Of a stretch of 64,000 bases of DNA, positions 8,791 to 18,913 are shown piece after piece (position 1 is the stretch's first letter; each line of letters opens with the position of its first letter). Under the pieces are notes generated by a model, which did not search any database, was not told the origin of the DNA, and was given only the letters and a program-made list of their open reading frames with translations. The stretch comes from Candidatus Nanoarchaeia archaeon (GTDB lineage Archaea > Nanobdellota > Nanobdellia > Woesearchaeales > SM23-78): contig DATDWO010000043.1 of assembly GCA_035289665.1 (NCBI GenBank), positions 611 to 64,610 of the forward strand, given 5' to 3'. The position numbers and the translations under genes were made by a program.

Positions 8791-9558
8791 TTGTATAAAG
8801 TGAATAGTTCTACTTTCTCATGGGAATATACAGTCTATAAAGGAATTTACGACTATAAAAAAAAACTTGACATGAGTTACCATCTCACACCAAGTGAACA
8901 CCCAACTCAAGAAGAAGTCAACACCAAAATCATAATGAGACAACTTGCTGACCCCATACAATTGAATACTGTCGCCCACATAATACTTTCCTACAGAGAT
9001 CAAATTTTAAAAGAAGGCTGGACTAGAGACCAAACAGCTCGCGCTATAATTTCGCTAGTACAAAGCATCCCTTACGACTCTGAGTCTGTTGAGCAAGGAA
9101 TCATTGTTGGAAGACTACCCTATCAAGTACTTTACGATAACAAAGGTATATGTGAAGAAAAATCGCTTCTTCTTGCACTAATGTTGAAACATCTAGGCTA
9201 TGGTGTGGCGCTACTCAGATTTCCTCAGGAAAACCATATGGCTGTAGGCATTAAATGTCCAAAAGAATATGGCTACGCAGACACAGAATACTGCTTTATT
9301 GAAACAACCTCTCCAGCTTTTATAACTGATGCAGATGCAGAGTATGCGGGAGGTGTAAAGCTCACCAACAAGCCAGAAGTCATAGTCATATCGGAAGGGG
9401 AGACATATACAGATTTGTCAAATGAATTATCTGATCTTGCCACTTGGCGTACACTTTGGGCTAAAGATGATGATACTGCGAGTTGGCAAGATTGTGATAC
9501 AATAAATAAACTAGCCGAGAAATATGGACTCAAATCTAACTGTAAAAGAGGATTCTAA
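8791..9558 (+). CDS. Transglutaminase-like (papain-fold) putative cysteine protease domain; likely C-terminal part of 8387.. gene
   Basis: GICEEKSLLLALMLKHLGYGVALLRF...NHMAVGIK resembles transglutaminase-like Cys/His core; upstream frame open through Pro-rich linker back to the C8 tract. Confidence 0.5.
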   Translation: MYKVNSSTFSWEYTVYKGIYDYKKKLDMSYHLTPSEHPTQEEVNTKIIMRQLADPIQLNTVAHIILSYRDQILKEGWTRDQTARAIISLVQSIPYDSESVEQGIIVGRLPYQVLYDNKGICEEKSLLLALMLKHLGYGVALLRFPQENHMAVGIKCPKEYGYADTEYCFIETTSPAFITDADAEYAGGVKLTNKPEVIVISEGETYTDLSNELSDLATWRTLWAKDDDTASWQDCDTINKLAEKYGLKSNCKRGF

Positions 9559-9668
9559 TTAATGTGCAAAACTCCTTTATTCATGTGCAGCTTAGTATTT
9601 ATGTGCAAAGCTAAAGGAAGGAAAAGCTTTATAAATACTTTCGCCTTCTTTGAGTAGTAACATACATA

Positions 9669-10130
9669 TTGGAGGCAATCATGAAAAACATCGTCGGAAT
9701 CCTGGTTTTGAGCATCACCCTACTTATTGGAATGGAAGCGGTAAGCGCTTTCCAACTGAACTACGGCTTTCCGCCTAGTCATCCCCTAGTGTATGGAAGT
9801 CAACGCGTGCCTGGCATTGCTACTCCTATCATTCCATTGACTGCTTATACGGATCCTACTGTCCGCATTGGCGGCTTCTTCGGCAACAGCGAATTGTACT
9901 TAGCTGGACTCCGACAAGGCGTACTTCAAGAGCCTTACCCTGGCATGAAATACAGCCAACGCGTACAATTGGCCAGCGCCTACTACCCTCACTACCCTAT
10001 TGGAGCCATCCGAGAAGGCGGCTACTATGGTGAAAGAGGTGTAAACCTCAAAGGCAGCCCTAACGCTCCTGGAACCTTTATCTTTGGAGCCAGCAAAGGC
10101 CGCTTTAATGTTTATTCAGGCTTTAACTAA
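9669..10130 (+). CDS. Small secreted Tyr/Gly/Pro-rich protein
   Basis: N-terminal signal peptide; no domain recognised. Confidence 0.45.
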   Translation: MEAIMKNIVGILVLSITLLIGMEAVSAFQLNYGFPPSHPLVYGSQRVPGIATPIIPLTAYTDPTVRIGGFFGNSELYLAGLRQGVLQEPYPGMKYSQRVQLASAYYPHYPIGAIREGGYYGERGVNLKGSPNAPGTFIFGASKGRFNVYSGFN

Positions 10131-10213
10131 GCCTTTTTTCTTTGTTTTTTTCTTTCTTACTCTCATTAAACGAAAGCTTTAAATACTAGTTTTGTTATTA
10201 TAGAGTAGTTAAA

Positions 10214-10702
10214 ATGAAGCTTAAATTGGTTATGGTGATCGTCTTAGGCCTTCTTATGATAGGCATGACTTTAGCCTTTGACGGTTACGTTCAGCAAAGC
10301 ACCCAAGGTACACCTGGCAGTGGTTTACTCTACCGAAACGGTCGCGTAGCGGTGTACCAAAACCCGAATGCCTTCTATGGCTCAGGAGTTTATCAGAAAC
10401 GGACCACTCAACGAGGCCCTGCTTACAACCCATTCCCTATGCCGAATACTCCAGCAAGCGGACGCGATGGAAGATATAGTTCATACATCTACTTAGACAA
10501 CCCATTGGCTGCTGAGATTTACAGCAACCCCTCGCTCCTGCAACCTCGCTACATGACCAACAACCAACGATTCCTTGCTGCTTACCCGTACACGCATGGC
10601 TTCTACGGCCCTGCCAGTCGAAGAGATAAACGTGCGCCGTTGTTGGATGTGAGCTCAAGTGATAAACGCAACTATGGAAATGTTATGGGATATAAGATTT
10701 AG
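10214..10702 (+). CDS. Small secreted Tyr/Gly/Pro-rich protein
   Basis: N-terminal signal peptide MKLKLVMVIVLGLLMIGMTLA; compositionally similar to 9669..10130. Confidence 0.45.
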   Translation: MKLKLVMVIVLGLLMIGMTLAFDGYVQQSTQGTPGSGLLYRNGRVAVYQNPNAFYGSGVYQKRTTQRGPAYNPFPMPNTPASGRDGRYSSYIYLDNPLAAEIYSNPSLLQPRYMTNNQRFLAAYPYTHGFYGPASRRDKRAPLLDVSSSDKRNYGNVMGYKI

Positions 10703-10711
10703 GAGTATAAA

Positions 10712-11482
10712 ATGCCTAGAGTCTTTCAATATGGTTCTAATCTGGATAAAACTCGGCTAGAGAAGCGAGTAGGTTCTGTTAAAGATTTAGGAAGACATGA
10801 ATTGCCTGGCTTTCGCTTAACCTTTGATATATTCAGTACTGGAAACAATTGTGCAGCTGCGAATATAACGCCCGATCATGATGGTCGAGTTGTCGGTAGA
10901 GTTTATGAATTAACACCTGAACAGTTAGCGAGGTTAGACCGTGTTGAAGGCGTATTAGGAGAAGTTGGAAATTATAAAAGAATCTCTCTTGCAGGAGGCC
11001 TTGAGACGTATGTAGCTACCGAAAGTCGTCGAGATGTAGCACGTTGCAGAGCTTACCCCCCTTCTGATGAATATTTAAATCATATTATTCGGGGCTTAGG
11101 AGAAATCGGTGCCGAAGAAGACTATGTTCGCCAAGTACGAGAGGCTGCTGGCAGAACTACCTGCCCGTCTACTGTTACGGTTTTTGCTGCTTATGATAAT
11201 CCTTCTACTTACTTACCTGATGCCATTGGCTTAAATGCTAAACTTAGAAAGCAACTTGGAATTCATGAAGATGACCTTGTTGAAATAGAATATGAAGGTA
11301 GAACACAGCGTATGCGTGTCAAGAAAGTTCATGAAGAGCTTATTCGCGGACCCTCCAAGACTACAGATCCTATAACTATATCTAGAGCTGCCCGAGAAGC
11401 TTTAGGTCTTCCTCTAAAAGATCGAAGAGATACACCTAAGTACAATGCTAGGTACGTAGGATTTACTATAAGAAAAGTTTAG
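10712..11482 (+). CDS. Gamma-glutamyl cyclotransferase-like (AIG2/GGCT fold) protein with extra C-terminal domain
   Basis: YGSNLDKTRLEKR...GRVYELTPEQLARLDRVEG...YKR pattern of GGCT-like family; C-terminal ~90 aa unassigned. Confidence 0.5.
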   Translation: MPRVFQYGSNLDKTRLEKRVGSVKDLGRHELPGFRLTFDIFSTGNNCAAANITPDHDGRVVGRVYELTPEQLARLDRVEGVLGEVGNYKRISLAGGLETYVATESRRDVARCRAYPPSDEYLNHIIRGLGEIGAEEDYVRQVREAAGRTTCPSTVTVFAAYDNPSTYLPDAIGLNAKLRKQLGIHEDDLVEIEYEGRTQRMRVKKVHEELIRGPSKTTDPITISRAAREALGLPLKDRRDTPKYNARYVGFTIRKV

Positions 11483-12867
11483 GTCTTTTTTACCTTCACT
11501 CCTTCTTTGGTATCTTCCAAAATGTATCCTTTGGCTTCAATTTCCTTCCGGACAGCGTCGGACTCAGCGTATTTTTTCTCTTTGCGAAGTGACTCTCGTT
11601 TGTCAATTAAGGCTTGGATGTTTGTAGGGACGTGGACGTCTTCCACTTCTAAAAGCTTTAAGCCGAGTACCTGATCGAACTTTGCCAGAGCATCTAACTT
11701 TTCCTTGTTGCCTATAGAGTCGTCTTTCACCAAGCCCCATAGTGTGGCCAAGGCCTTCGGCATGTTGAGATCGTCATTGATGTCCTCTATGAAATCTGCT
11801 TCGTATTTTTTCGTGTCGCCTTTGCTTGTTGGGTGTTTTTTCATCTCCAAGATGCGGTCTTTCAAACCTGAGAAAGCATTCTTGGCGGCCTGCAAGGCTT
11901 CCATGGTGAAGGCCATGGGGATTCGGTAATGAGTGTTTAGGCAGAGATAACGATACTCCAGCGGATCAAAGCCCTGCTCTTGCAGAGAGGATAAAGTAAC
12001 TAAGTTGCCTAAACTCTTGCTCATCTTTTCCTTGTCCAAGACCAAGAATTCACCATGCATCCAGTACTTCACCCAGGGGTGCTTGCCTGTTGCGGCTTCA
12101 GACTGCGCGATTTCGTTGGTGTGATGCACGGGAATGTGATCGATCCCGCCACAATGAATATCAAACTGCTCGCCTAAGTATTTGATCGACATGGCTGAAC
12201 ATTCGATATGCCATCCCGGATATCCCTCCTCACCCCAGGGACTTTTCCAGTTCAAGAGATGATGTTTGAATTTCGACTCGGTGAACCACAGGACGAAATC
12301 ATGAGGGTTTCTTTTTTCTGTGTCCACTTCGATGCGTGCGCCGGCTTCTAAGCCTTCCATCTTCAACTTAGCTAGTTCACCATATTGTTTGAATTTAGCA
12401 ATGTCAAAGTAGACATTACCCCCTGCGAGATACGCGTAGCCGTTTTTTTCAATGCGTTGAATCAGTTCAATTATTTCTTTTATGTGTTCCGTGGCTTTGC
12501 AGATGGTATGTGGCATTAAGGTGTTTATTTTTTTCATATCCTCAAAAAAGACTTGAGTATAGAACTGTGCGATTTCCATGACTGACTTGCCTTCCTTTTT
12601 TGCGGCCTTGTCCATCTTATCCTCGCCTTCATCGGCATCGGAAGTTAGGTGGCCGACATCCGTGATGTTCATCACATGCTTGACTTTGTATTGGTTGTAT
12701 TCCAGGACTCTACGTAGGATGTCTTCGAATAGGTATGTACGAGCGTGACCGACGTGCGTGTAGAAGTAAACCGTAGGGCCGCACGTGTAGAGCTTTACTT
12801 CCTTAAGATCTAAGGGCTGGAAAGGCTCTTTTTTACGAGTTAAGGTGTTGAATAGCTTTAGCGCCAT
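11479..12867 (-). CDS. cysS: Cysteinyl-tRNA synthetase
   Basis: HIGH-type motif HVGHARTY, KMSKSLGN motif, 462 aa. Confidence 0.9.
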   Translation of the reverse strand: MALKLFNTLTRKKEPFQPLDLKEVKLYTCGPTVYFYTHVGHARTYLFEDILRRVLEYNQYKVKHVMNITDVGHLTSDADEGEDKMDKAAKKEGKSVMEIAQFYTQVFFEDMKKINTLMPHTICKATEHIKEIIELIQRIEKNGYAYLAGGNVYFDIAKFKQYGELAKLKMEGLEAGARIEVDTEKRNPHDFVLWFTESKFKHHLLNWKSPWGEEGYPGWHIECSAMSIKYLGEQFDIHCGGIDHIPVHHTNEIAQSEAATGKHPWVKYWMHGEFLVLDKEKMSKSLGNLVTLSSLQEQGFDPLEYRYLCLNTHYRIPMAFTMEALQAAKNAFSGLKDRILEMKKHPTSKGDTKKYEADFIEDINDDLNMPKALATLWGLVKDDSIGNKEKLDALAKFDQVLGLKLLEVEDVHVPTNIQALIDKRESLRKEKKYAESDAVRKEIEAKGYILEDTKEGVKVKKT

Positions 12868-12968
12868 TAAGGTTCGTTGGCGTCGAGAAGTTTATAATGG
12901 TTTTGTGCAGGGGAAATTAGTTTCTATATAGAAGATAATATCTGGTTTATACACAGTATGCCCTTTCC

Positions 12969-14165
12969 TTAAGTCCGCTGACTCAATACCAATCGCTTAA
13001 ACACAATCGGAGAAATGATCGTTGTGACCAATGACATCATCACCAACGCTGTAAATAAACCCCCTGATAAAATCCCTGCCCTTAATGCCAAAGCTGCGAT
13101 CACCAGCTCTACATCTCCTTTTGGATTCAATCCCCAACCCAATAACCAACCTTCTTTCCATTTTCCCCCATCCAGGCGAATCGCAATAGCGGTTCCAAGA
13201 ACAGTCCCCACGGTTGCGAGAACCACTAACAAGACAATTAACCCTGCATTCGGTATAATTGCACTTAAATCCACATTCACTCCAATCCAAACCGAAAACA
13301 ACGGAATCAAAAATCCAAATGCGATGATATGGATGGATCGGGAGATGTCGTGCTCTTCCCACTTAGGCAACGTAACATCTCTAAAAATGGTCTGACGAAT
13401 GACAATCCCTGCCACCATCGCCCCAATCATCGCTCCAACGGAAAGGTACTCTGCTAGTGAAGCAATCAACAAGACAATAATCATCGCTCCGGTAAACCGA
13501 GCTGTGCTTGAATTCTCTCTATTGAATAATTTTAGTGTCCAAGGCACCACCCACAACTTCGCTAGCACAATTAATAGAAGAAAAAATCCCATATCCAGCA
13601 ATAAACGGTCCACTGTAAAATTGGTCACGGCTATGTGGAGCACGGACAACAATACACTGATCATCACTAATTCTACTACGTCGTCTACAGCACCGGCCGT
13701 TACAATCAAGTTTCCAATCTTTGATTTTAACATTTTCAATTCTTCCAATAAGTCAACTGAGACGGCTTGTGCACTTACAGACAACGAAATCCCAACAATG
13801 ACACTCACCAATGCAGAGGCACCAAAAAAAATATGCATGGCAAAATACCCCATTATAAATGGAAGCGAAGTATTAAACACTGAAATCAAGAAAGACTTCC
13901 TCATGTTCTGTGTAAACGCTAAAAAATTAGTTTCCAACCCGATATAATAGAACAACAATATAATCCCCAGATTCGCCAAAAATGACAACACCTCCATGTT
14001 TTCTGCACCAAAGATGTAAGACTTAAAGCTACCTATCCCTAATATTAATCCAGCCAAAATTTGGCCTACCACTCTAGGCAAACCCAACTGCTTAAATGCC
14101 TCTGCCAGCAGATAAGCTAATAATAAACAGATCAAGACCATCAATAAAACAGAGACCATTCTCAT
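12969..14165 (-). CDS. Cation:proton antiporter (CPA/NhaP-KefB-like sodium/hydrogen exchanger family)
   Basis: 398 aa, ~11 predicted TM helices, Na+/H+ exchanger-like composition. Confidence 0.55.
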   Translation of the reverse strand: MRMVSVLLMVLICLLLAYLLAEAFKQLGLPRVVGQILAGLILGIGSFKSYIFGAENMEVLSFLANLGIILLFYYIGLETNFLAFTQNMRKSFLISVFNTSLPFIMGYFAMHIFFGASALVSVIVGISLSVSAQAVSVDLLEELKMLKSKIGNLIVTAGAVDDVVELVMISVLLSVLHIAVTNFTVDRLLLDMGFFLLLIVLAKLWVVPWTLKLFNRENSSTARFTGAMIIVLLIASLAEYLSVGAMIGAMVAGIVIRQTIFRDVTLPKWEEHDISRSIHIIAFGFLIPLFSVWIGVNVDLSAIIPNAGLIVLLVVLATVGTVLGTAIAIRLDGGKWKEGWLLGWGLNPKGDVELVIAALALRAGILSGGLFTALVMMSLVTTIISPIVFKRLVLSQRT

Positions 14166-14232
14166 TACTCCTTATATTTATATATAAATCTAATGGTGCG
14201 CCATTCCTTGTTGGTGGTTTTGGAAACGGCCG

Positions 14233-14595
14233 TTACTTGACCATAACCATTGGCTTTGTTTTTTCTTTTTTGATGTATTCATCCATAACCATGTTGAGGC
14301 AGTCGTTGAAGGCCCTTAAAAGGACTTTGACGTGCGGGTTTTCCTTATTGAGGATATACAATTGTGTTTTACTGATGACTCGGTGCTTTTTCACATACCT
14401 TTTTTCCTCTAGTTCATAGATTGCTTGGTAGGCTTTTGGACGGGAAATTTCCAAGTCTCTAGCCATGTCACCTATGGAGATACCCAATTCTGCAGCTTCT
14501 AAAAGGTATTCTAAAATGCGGTTGTCGGTCGTAATTCCAAAGACTTCGCAAAAGACTCCTGGTGTTGCAAGACTAACGGTTTCATCTATCTCCAT
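14233..14595 (-). CDS. Winged-helix transcription regulator (start placed at MEIDE)
   Basis: ILEYLLEAAELGISIGDMARDLEISRPKAYQAIYELEEKRYV HTH pattern; directly downstream of family paralog 14586..14867. Confidence 0.5.
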   Translation of the reverse strand: MEIDETVSLATPGVFCEVFGITTDNRILEYLLEAAELGISIGDMARDLEISRPKAYQAIYELEEKRYVKKHRVISKTQLYILNKENPHVKVLLRAFNDCLNMVMDEYIKKEKTKPMVMVK

Positions 14596-14867
14596 TTTTC
14601 TTCCTCTTCCATTTTCTCTTTTAGCTCTTCTGTTTTTCTTGGATTTAGACTTATATGCCATTCTGACCCTTTTCCAGTTCTTTTTTTCATTCGTAAAATA
14701 AATATTTCATTTATAATTTCAGTATATCCTTTTTGAAATTCTTTCCATTCTTCCTTTGTCAGGAGATTTCTTACTCTCGTCAATAGTCTTTTTTCTGGGA
14801 TGTGTTTTCCACCTATGTATCTTCTGGCGAATAGTATTCCCAGAAACCTTTTTAGCGCTCTGTCCAT
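14586..14867 (-). CDS. Small hypothetical protein, paralog of 157..441
   Basis: Shares GGKHIP and KRTGKGSEWHISLNPRKTEE motifs with 157..441. Confidence 0.45.
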   Translation of the reverse strand: MDRALKRFLGILFARRYIGGKHIPEKRLLTRVRNLLTKEEWKEFQKGYTEIINEIFILRMKKRTGKGSEWHISLNPRKTEELKEKMEEEEKWR

Positions 14868-15043
14868 CTTTATACCTTTTACATTTTATCTTCCCTTGGA
14901 TTTTCATACAGATCGCCTTGTTAACTATTATTTACTAACAAAATTTTTTTGGTTAAACCAAATTTTGGGAGTTCCAAAAATTTACTACTACTTATTATTT
15001 ATTGTAAATTTTTGTTAACGATCTGTAAATTATTATTAACTAT

Positions 15044-15295
15044 TTAAATGTTTTCCTTTGTCTTACTCTCACGATAAACCACTTGAACTCCTTTCTCTTC
15101 TAGTCGTTGAACCGCTGTTTGATACGCCTCCCCTGAACCTTGGTATTGACCAAACAACCCTTCTGTGTACTTCATCGGAATCACTCTGAATCCTGCTTCT
15201 TCTACCCTCTTAATTGCTTCTTCCTTTGTCAGCTCATCGTATTCAAAACGAACCTTTCTGTCTAAACTCATCCTAACCTCAACTCCTGCACCCAT
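15044..15295 (-). CDS. Small acidic protein, last gene of GC-rich cassette
   Basis: 83 aa; overlaps subtilase gene end; no domain recognised. Confidence 0.4.
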   Translation of the reverse strand: MGAGVEVRMSLDRKVRFEYDELTKEEAIKRVEEAGFRVIPMKYTEGLFGQYQGSGEAYQTAVQRLEEKGVQVVYRESKTKENI

Positions 15296-16497
15296 TCTTG
15301 TTGGCTTGCTTTTCCACTGACTAATTTGTCTGCCCTCACCAAACCCACCCCATACTTTTTTCGATTCTCTGGATCCAAACTTGATCCTAACTCGTCTGCT
15401 GAAGACTTCAAACGCTCCTCTAACTCTTTGGGTGAGCCTTGTTTAACTGATTTACCTAATGCGAGGCTCCCAGTTACATGAGGGGTCGCCATGCTTGTCC
15501 CTGAGAATTCCTGATAACCCCCAGGGACAGAAGAATAGATGCTCACTCCCGGAGCAGAGATGTCATTGGTCTCATAAATATTGCTAAACTCAGCGTGCTC
15601 GTTGTTACGATCCACCGCTGCTACGGCAACCACATTGTTCAATGCTGCGGGATAGCTCGGACCATAATATTCGTTCCCAGCTGCCGCCACTACAGTGATT
15701 CCTCGCTTTACGGCCTCTTGAATTACTTGATCCTCAAAATAGGAATATTGGGAACTCCCCAGGCTCATGTTGATAACTTCCATCTTATTATCGATGGCCC
15801 ACTCAATCCCCCGTAACACATCTGCTTCACTCCCATACCCTTCATCACTTAATACTTTTATTGCATATAAACTACACGCTGGAGCAACCCCTGTTTCCTC
15901 TCCAGCGACGGTACCGGCTACATGCGTTCCATGCCCATTCCCATCATAAGGATCTGCGTTATCCTCTACAAAATTATATCCCTTATTTCCCCCAAAGCGA
16001 TTTTTTACTTCTTCATGAGTGTAATCCACGCCAGTATCGATGATCCCTACTTTCACGCCCTTTCCCTGCGTTGTTTTGTTAGCTATGTCTGCACCGATGT
16101 TGTTCAAATTCCATGCACTCCCTGGTCGGCTGTTTAACTTTACTGAAACTGGAAAGCCGCCTTGAATCAACTCCGGAATGTACAAAACCCTTGCCGGAGA
16201 AATATGGCCTGCCCAAGACAGGCGTTGCTTTAGATAAGAACAGATTTTTTCCTCCTCTCTTCCCCCACACTCCACAGCAACAAAAGGGACATACTTGAAT
16301 GAGTAACTGGGTAGTTTCAACTCTTTCTCCAATGCTTCCCGACCTTTTTCTGAACAGATACCTCTTCCTCGGATCTGAACTAAAACCCGAGATCTCTTCT
16401 TTTCTATCTTTTCCACCCATTTATCTTTCTCTGGGGTTTTTTTCTCTGTGAATATCTCCTTAAACAACTTCCTTGCAAACTGACTTCGATAGCTCAA
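15268..16497 (-). CDS. Subtilisin-like serine protease (peptidase S8) with I9-like propeptide and no signal peptide
   Basis: Catalytic triad motifs GIIDTGVD, HGTHVAGT, GTSMATPHV; N-terminus hydrophilic (MSYRSQFARKLFKE...). Confidence 0.85.
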   Translation of the reverse strand: MSYRSQFARKLFKEIFTEKKTPEKDKWVEKIEKKRSRVLVQIRGRGICSEKGREALEKELKLPSYSFKYVPFVAVECGGREEEKICSYLKQRLSWAGHISPARVLYIPELIQGGFPVSVKLNSRPGSAWNLNNIGADIANKTTQGKGVKVGIIDTGVDYTHEEVKNRFGGNKGYNFVEDNADPYDGNGHGTHVAGTVAGEETGVAPACSLYAIKVLSDEGYGSEADVLRGIEWAIDNKMEVINMSLGSSQYSYFEDQVIQEAVKRGITVVAAAGNEYYGPSYPAALNNVVAVAAVDRNNEHAEFSNIYETNDISAPGVSIYSSVPGGYQEFSGTSMATPHVTGSLALGKSVKQGSPKELEERLKSSADELGSSLDPENRKKYGVGLVRADKLVSGKASQQEWVQELRLG

Positions 16498-17888
16498 ACG
16501 CCCACCCCCACGTTCTCCCTTAAGGTGTCGTACGATTCCAGTACCTCTAAGAAATCAGCCTCTTTCGGTAGTTCGTAATGATCCCTGTCTAAATCCCTTC
16601 GAAAGCAGGCTTCAAATGCACGATTCACAATTTCTGCTACATCTGCTCCTACCAGCCTAGGTTTACCTGCTTGCTCTAACTCCTCTGATTTTCTCGCTAA
16701 CCCTTTAACCAATACTCTGAAATCTTCTTCGCTCCCTCCTTCTCCCACCCTTCTGAAACGCTTTTCCCAATGAATCTGAGCGACTTCCTCTAGTTCAATC
16801 GGACCTGGATAATGAAACGGAATGATCTTTGAAAAACGATGTGGCGAGCGCAACTTTTTATCTATACACTTTATTTCATTAGTGGCTCCTACATACAATG
16901 TGAAGTTATTTTCTTCGGTTTCACACATCTTTAACGCTAAAATATTGGTTACATTTACCCCGATGTCGGAATGTACCCACTCTCGGTTCCGACCGATCGA
17001 GTCTATTTCATCCAGGAAGAAAACCCGGTCTTTACCTGATAAGACTTGCTCCAATTGCCTTTCGGTCTCTCCTGCCCACTTACTCAAAAAATCCGTTAAA
17101 TGCACTTCTACAAATTCGCAATCCAACTCGGATGCTAAAACTCTGGCTAGTAAGGTTTTTCCTGTACCTGAGGGGCCGTAAAACAAAAGACCTCTAGGAA
17201 ATGAGTACCCCCAACGTTCGCACTTCTTTACGCTTCTATACGCCTTGATCAGGTAATTCACTTCCTCCTTTGCCTCTCGATTGCCCCCTACCTCTGCCAA
17301 AGAAACCTTTGCGTGGTTTGGGCGAACTCTATATGTAGAAAATCCATCATATCGAAGCCCTTCGTATGAAAGACTAAGATCCTTTACCCTTTCTAACAAC
17401 GGCTTATACGCCTCTTTCGAACCCTCTGATTCTGCACGCTCTGCTACCCACAACAAAAATCCTCTCCCATAATCAAAAACCCTTTCTGAGGAAACTTGGC
17501 TTACCATCCCCTGCGCTTCACGCGCCAGTTCCTTAGCCAGTACTTGGGCTGAGCTGTCAAAATAAATAGGGAACTTTCTTCCCATGCCTACTCCTTGCCC
17601 TCCCATGAGCTCAGCTGGAGCCAGTCGCTCCAATTCGTTTAAACCCGCTTTTGCAGCTACATACAAGCTTTGTGCGTTCAAAAATGCAGACCTTCCTTTG
17701 TCATTGCCTTCTACACTCCCCTCTAATGCTTGGTGAGCTGCATCGTATACTCCTAAAAAGCGCGCACTGACTTCCAGCACATTTCTTTGCTCGCTGGTTA
17801 ACCCTTTACCATCCTCCGTCAGTTTACGTTGATATACTCCGACATGAGCTTCTACCTTCTTAGGATTCAGCTGTACCATATTCCTCAC
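16494..17888 (-). CDS. AAA+ ATPase (classic AAA clade) with ~200-aa unrecognised N-terminal domain
   Basis: Walker A GPSGTGKT, Walker B FFLDEIDSIG, SRH-like VGATNEIKCIDKKLRSPHRF; 4-bp overlaps with both neighbours. Confidence 0.8.
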   Translation of the reverse strand: MRNMVQLNPKKVEAHVGVYQRKLTEDGKGLTSEQRNVLEVSARFLGVYDAAHQALEGSVEGNDKGRSAFLNAQSLYVAAKAGLNELERLAPAELMGGQGVGMGRKFPIYFDSSAQVLAKELAREAQGMVSQVSSERVFDYGRGFLLWVAERAESEGSKEAYKPLLERVKDLSLSYEGLRYDGFSTYRVRPNHAKVSLAEVGGNREAKEEVNYLIKAYRSVKKCERWGYSFPRGLLFYGPSGTGKTLLARVLASELDCEFVEVHLTDFLSKWAGETERQLEQVLSGKDRVFFLDEIDSIGRNREWVHSDIGVNVTNILALKMCETEENNFTLYVGATNEIKCIDKKLRSPHRFSKIIPFHYPGPIELEEVAQIHWEKRFRRVGEGGSEEDFRVLVKGLARKSEELEQAGKPRLVGADVAEIVNRAFEACFRRDLDRDHYELPKEADFLEVLESYDTLRENVGVGV

Positions 17889-18913
17889 CGGCTACGACGC
17901 TCTTCTTCCAAGATCCTATCTGCCAAATCCTCCAGCTGGTTATCAAACAACCTTCCCTTCTGCTTTAATTCCCTCATTCTCCGGTCTGAACGCGGACTGT
18001 ACGAGAAGCTTTCTTCTGGAAGATTCAATGCTGCTTGCAACCCCTCCAATTGAATGCTTGAGGCTGCCTCTGCAAAATGCCCTGCTTCTTGCGTTACTTG
18101 AGTCGTTTCCCTCAACACTTCCATTGTACCTACCGGATCCAACCCATTCTGCGCAACGCCTGCTAACCTCGTTTCTAGTAAACGGTTTGCTAAGTACTTT
18201 TGACGCAAAGCCTTCATGTACAGGTCCAACTTTGCCTTGTTGTGTTCCAAACCCTGAACTTGGTGATGGTAACCCACCAAACACCCTGTGGCTGCAGACC
18301 TTTCCTCCAACACTTTACTCATGTCTGCTTCGTAATCCTCCAATTCCTCTTCAGCCCGATCCAATTCGTCCATCGCTCGATGGTCTTCCGGGCTCTTAGC
18401 CAAATTCTGACGAATGGACGCTGTTCGCTCTGACAACTCTTGCTCCTTCTCCACTAAACTTGCTTCCATAGCACTGTACTGGCTTCGTAATTTCATCGCC
18501 CCCCGCTTCAGCTTCTTTTTTTCTCGCAACTTATCCCGCGTGTCCTCAACCATTCCTTCATACTTATTCAGCCGATACTCCAATGCTTTTTTTGCCTGGT
18601 CCACTGCTCGTTGCTGCCTCTTAACCCGATAATCAAATGAAGTAACTCCTAGCAACTTATCGGCTAACCTATACACAAAACGAACAGGCTTAGACAAGTG
18701 TTCGCGGCCAATCTCATTCAAACGCCGCTCCTGTTCCTGCAAATCCTTAATGGCGGCTTCGTATATATCCAATTCACTTGAGTCTCCAGACAAAATGACT
18801 CTTTTTGTACGCTCATCCACATCCGAAGACTGATATGAACTCATCATCTCCTTCATGGAATCTGACTTGTATCTTGCTCTCAACTTAATCACCCCCCTTA
18901 GAAACCCAATCAA
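17885..18913 (-). CDS. Coiled-coil protein (342 aa), unknown function
   Basis: Long heptad-like charged/helical sequence (EQELSERTASIRQNLAKSPEDHRAMDELDRAEEELEDYE...). Confidence 0.55.
   Translation of the reverse strand: MIGFLRGVIKLRARYKSDSMKEMMSSYQSSDVDERTKRVILSGDSSELDIYEAAIKDLQEQERRLNEIGREHLSKPVRFVYRLADKLLGVTSFDYRVKRQQRAVDQAKKALEYRLNKYEGMVEDTRDKLREKKKLKRGAMKLRSQYSAMEASLVEKEQELSERTASIRQNLAKSPEDHRAMDELDRAEEELEDYEADMSKVLEERSAATGCLVGYHHQVQGLEHNKAKLDLYMKALRQKYLANRLLETRLAGVAQNGLDPVGTMEVLRETTQVTQEAGHFAEAASSIQLEGLQAALNLPEESFSYSPRSDRRMRELKQKGRLFDNQLEDLADRILEEERRSR

Noticed and set aside
13015-13947. ORFs 13015..13395(+), 13399..13947(+) and 12997..13362(-)
   Set aside because: They are antisense to, or out of frame within, the antiporter gene. 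They are low-complexity translations typical of shadow ORFs.
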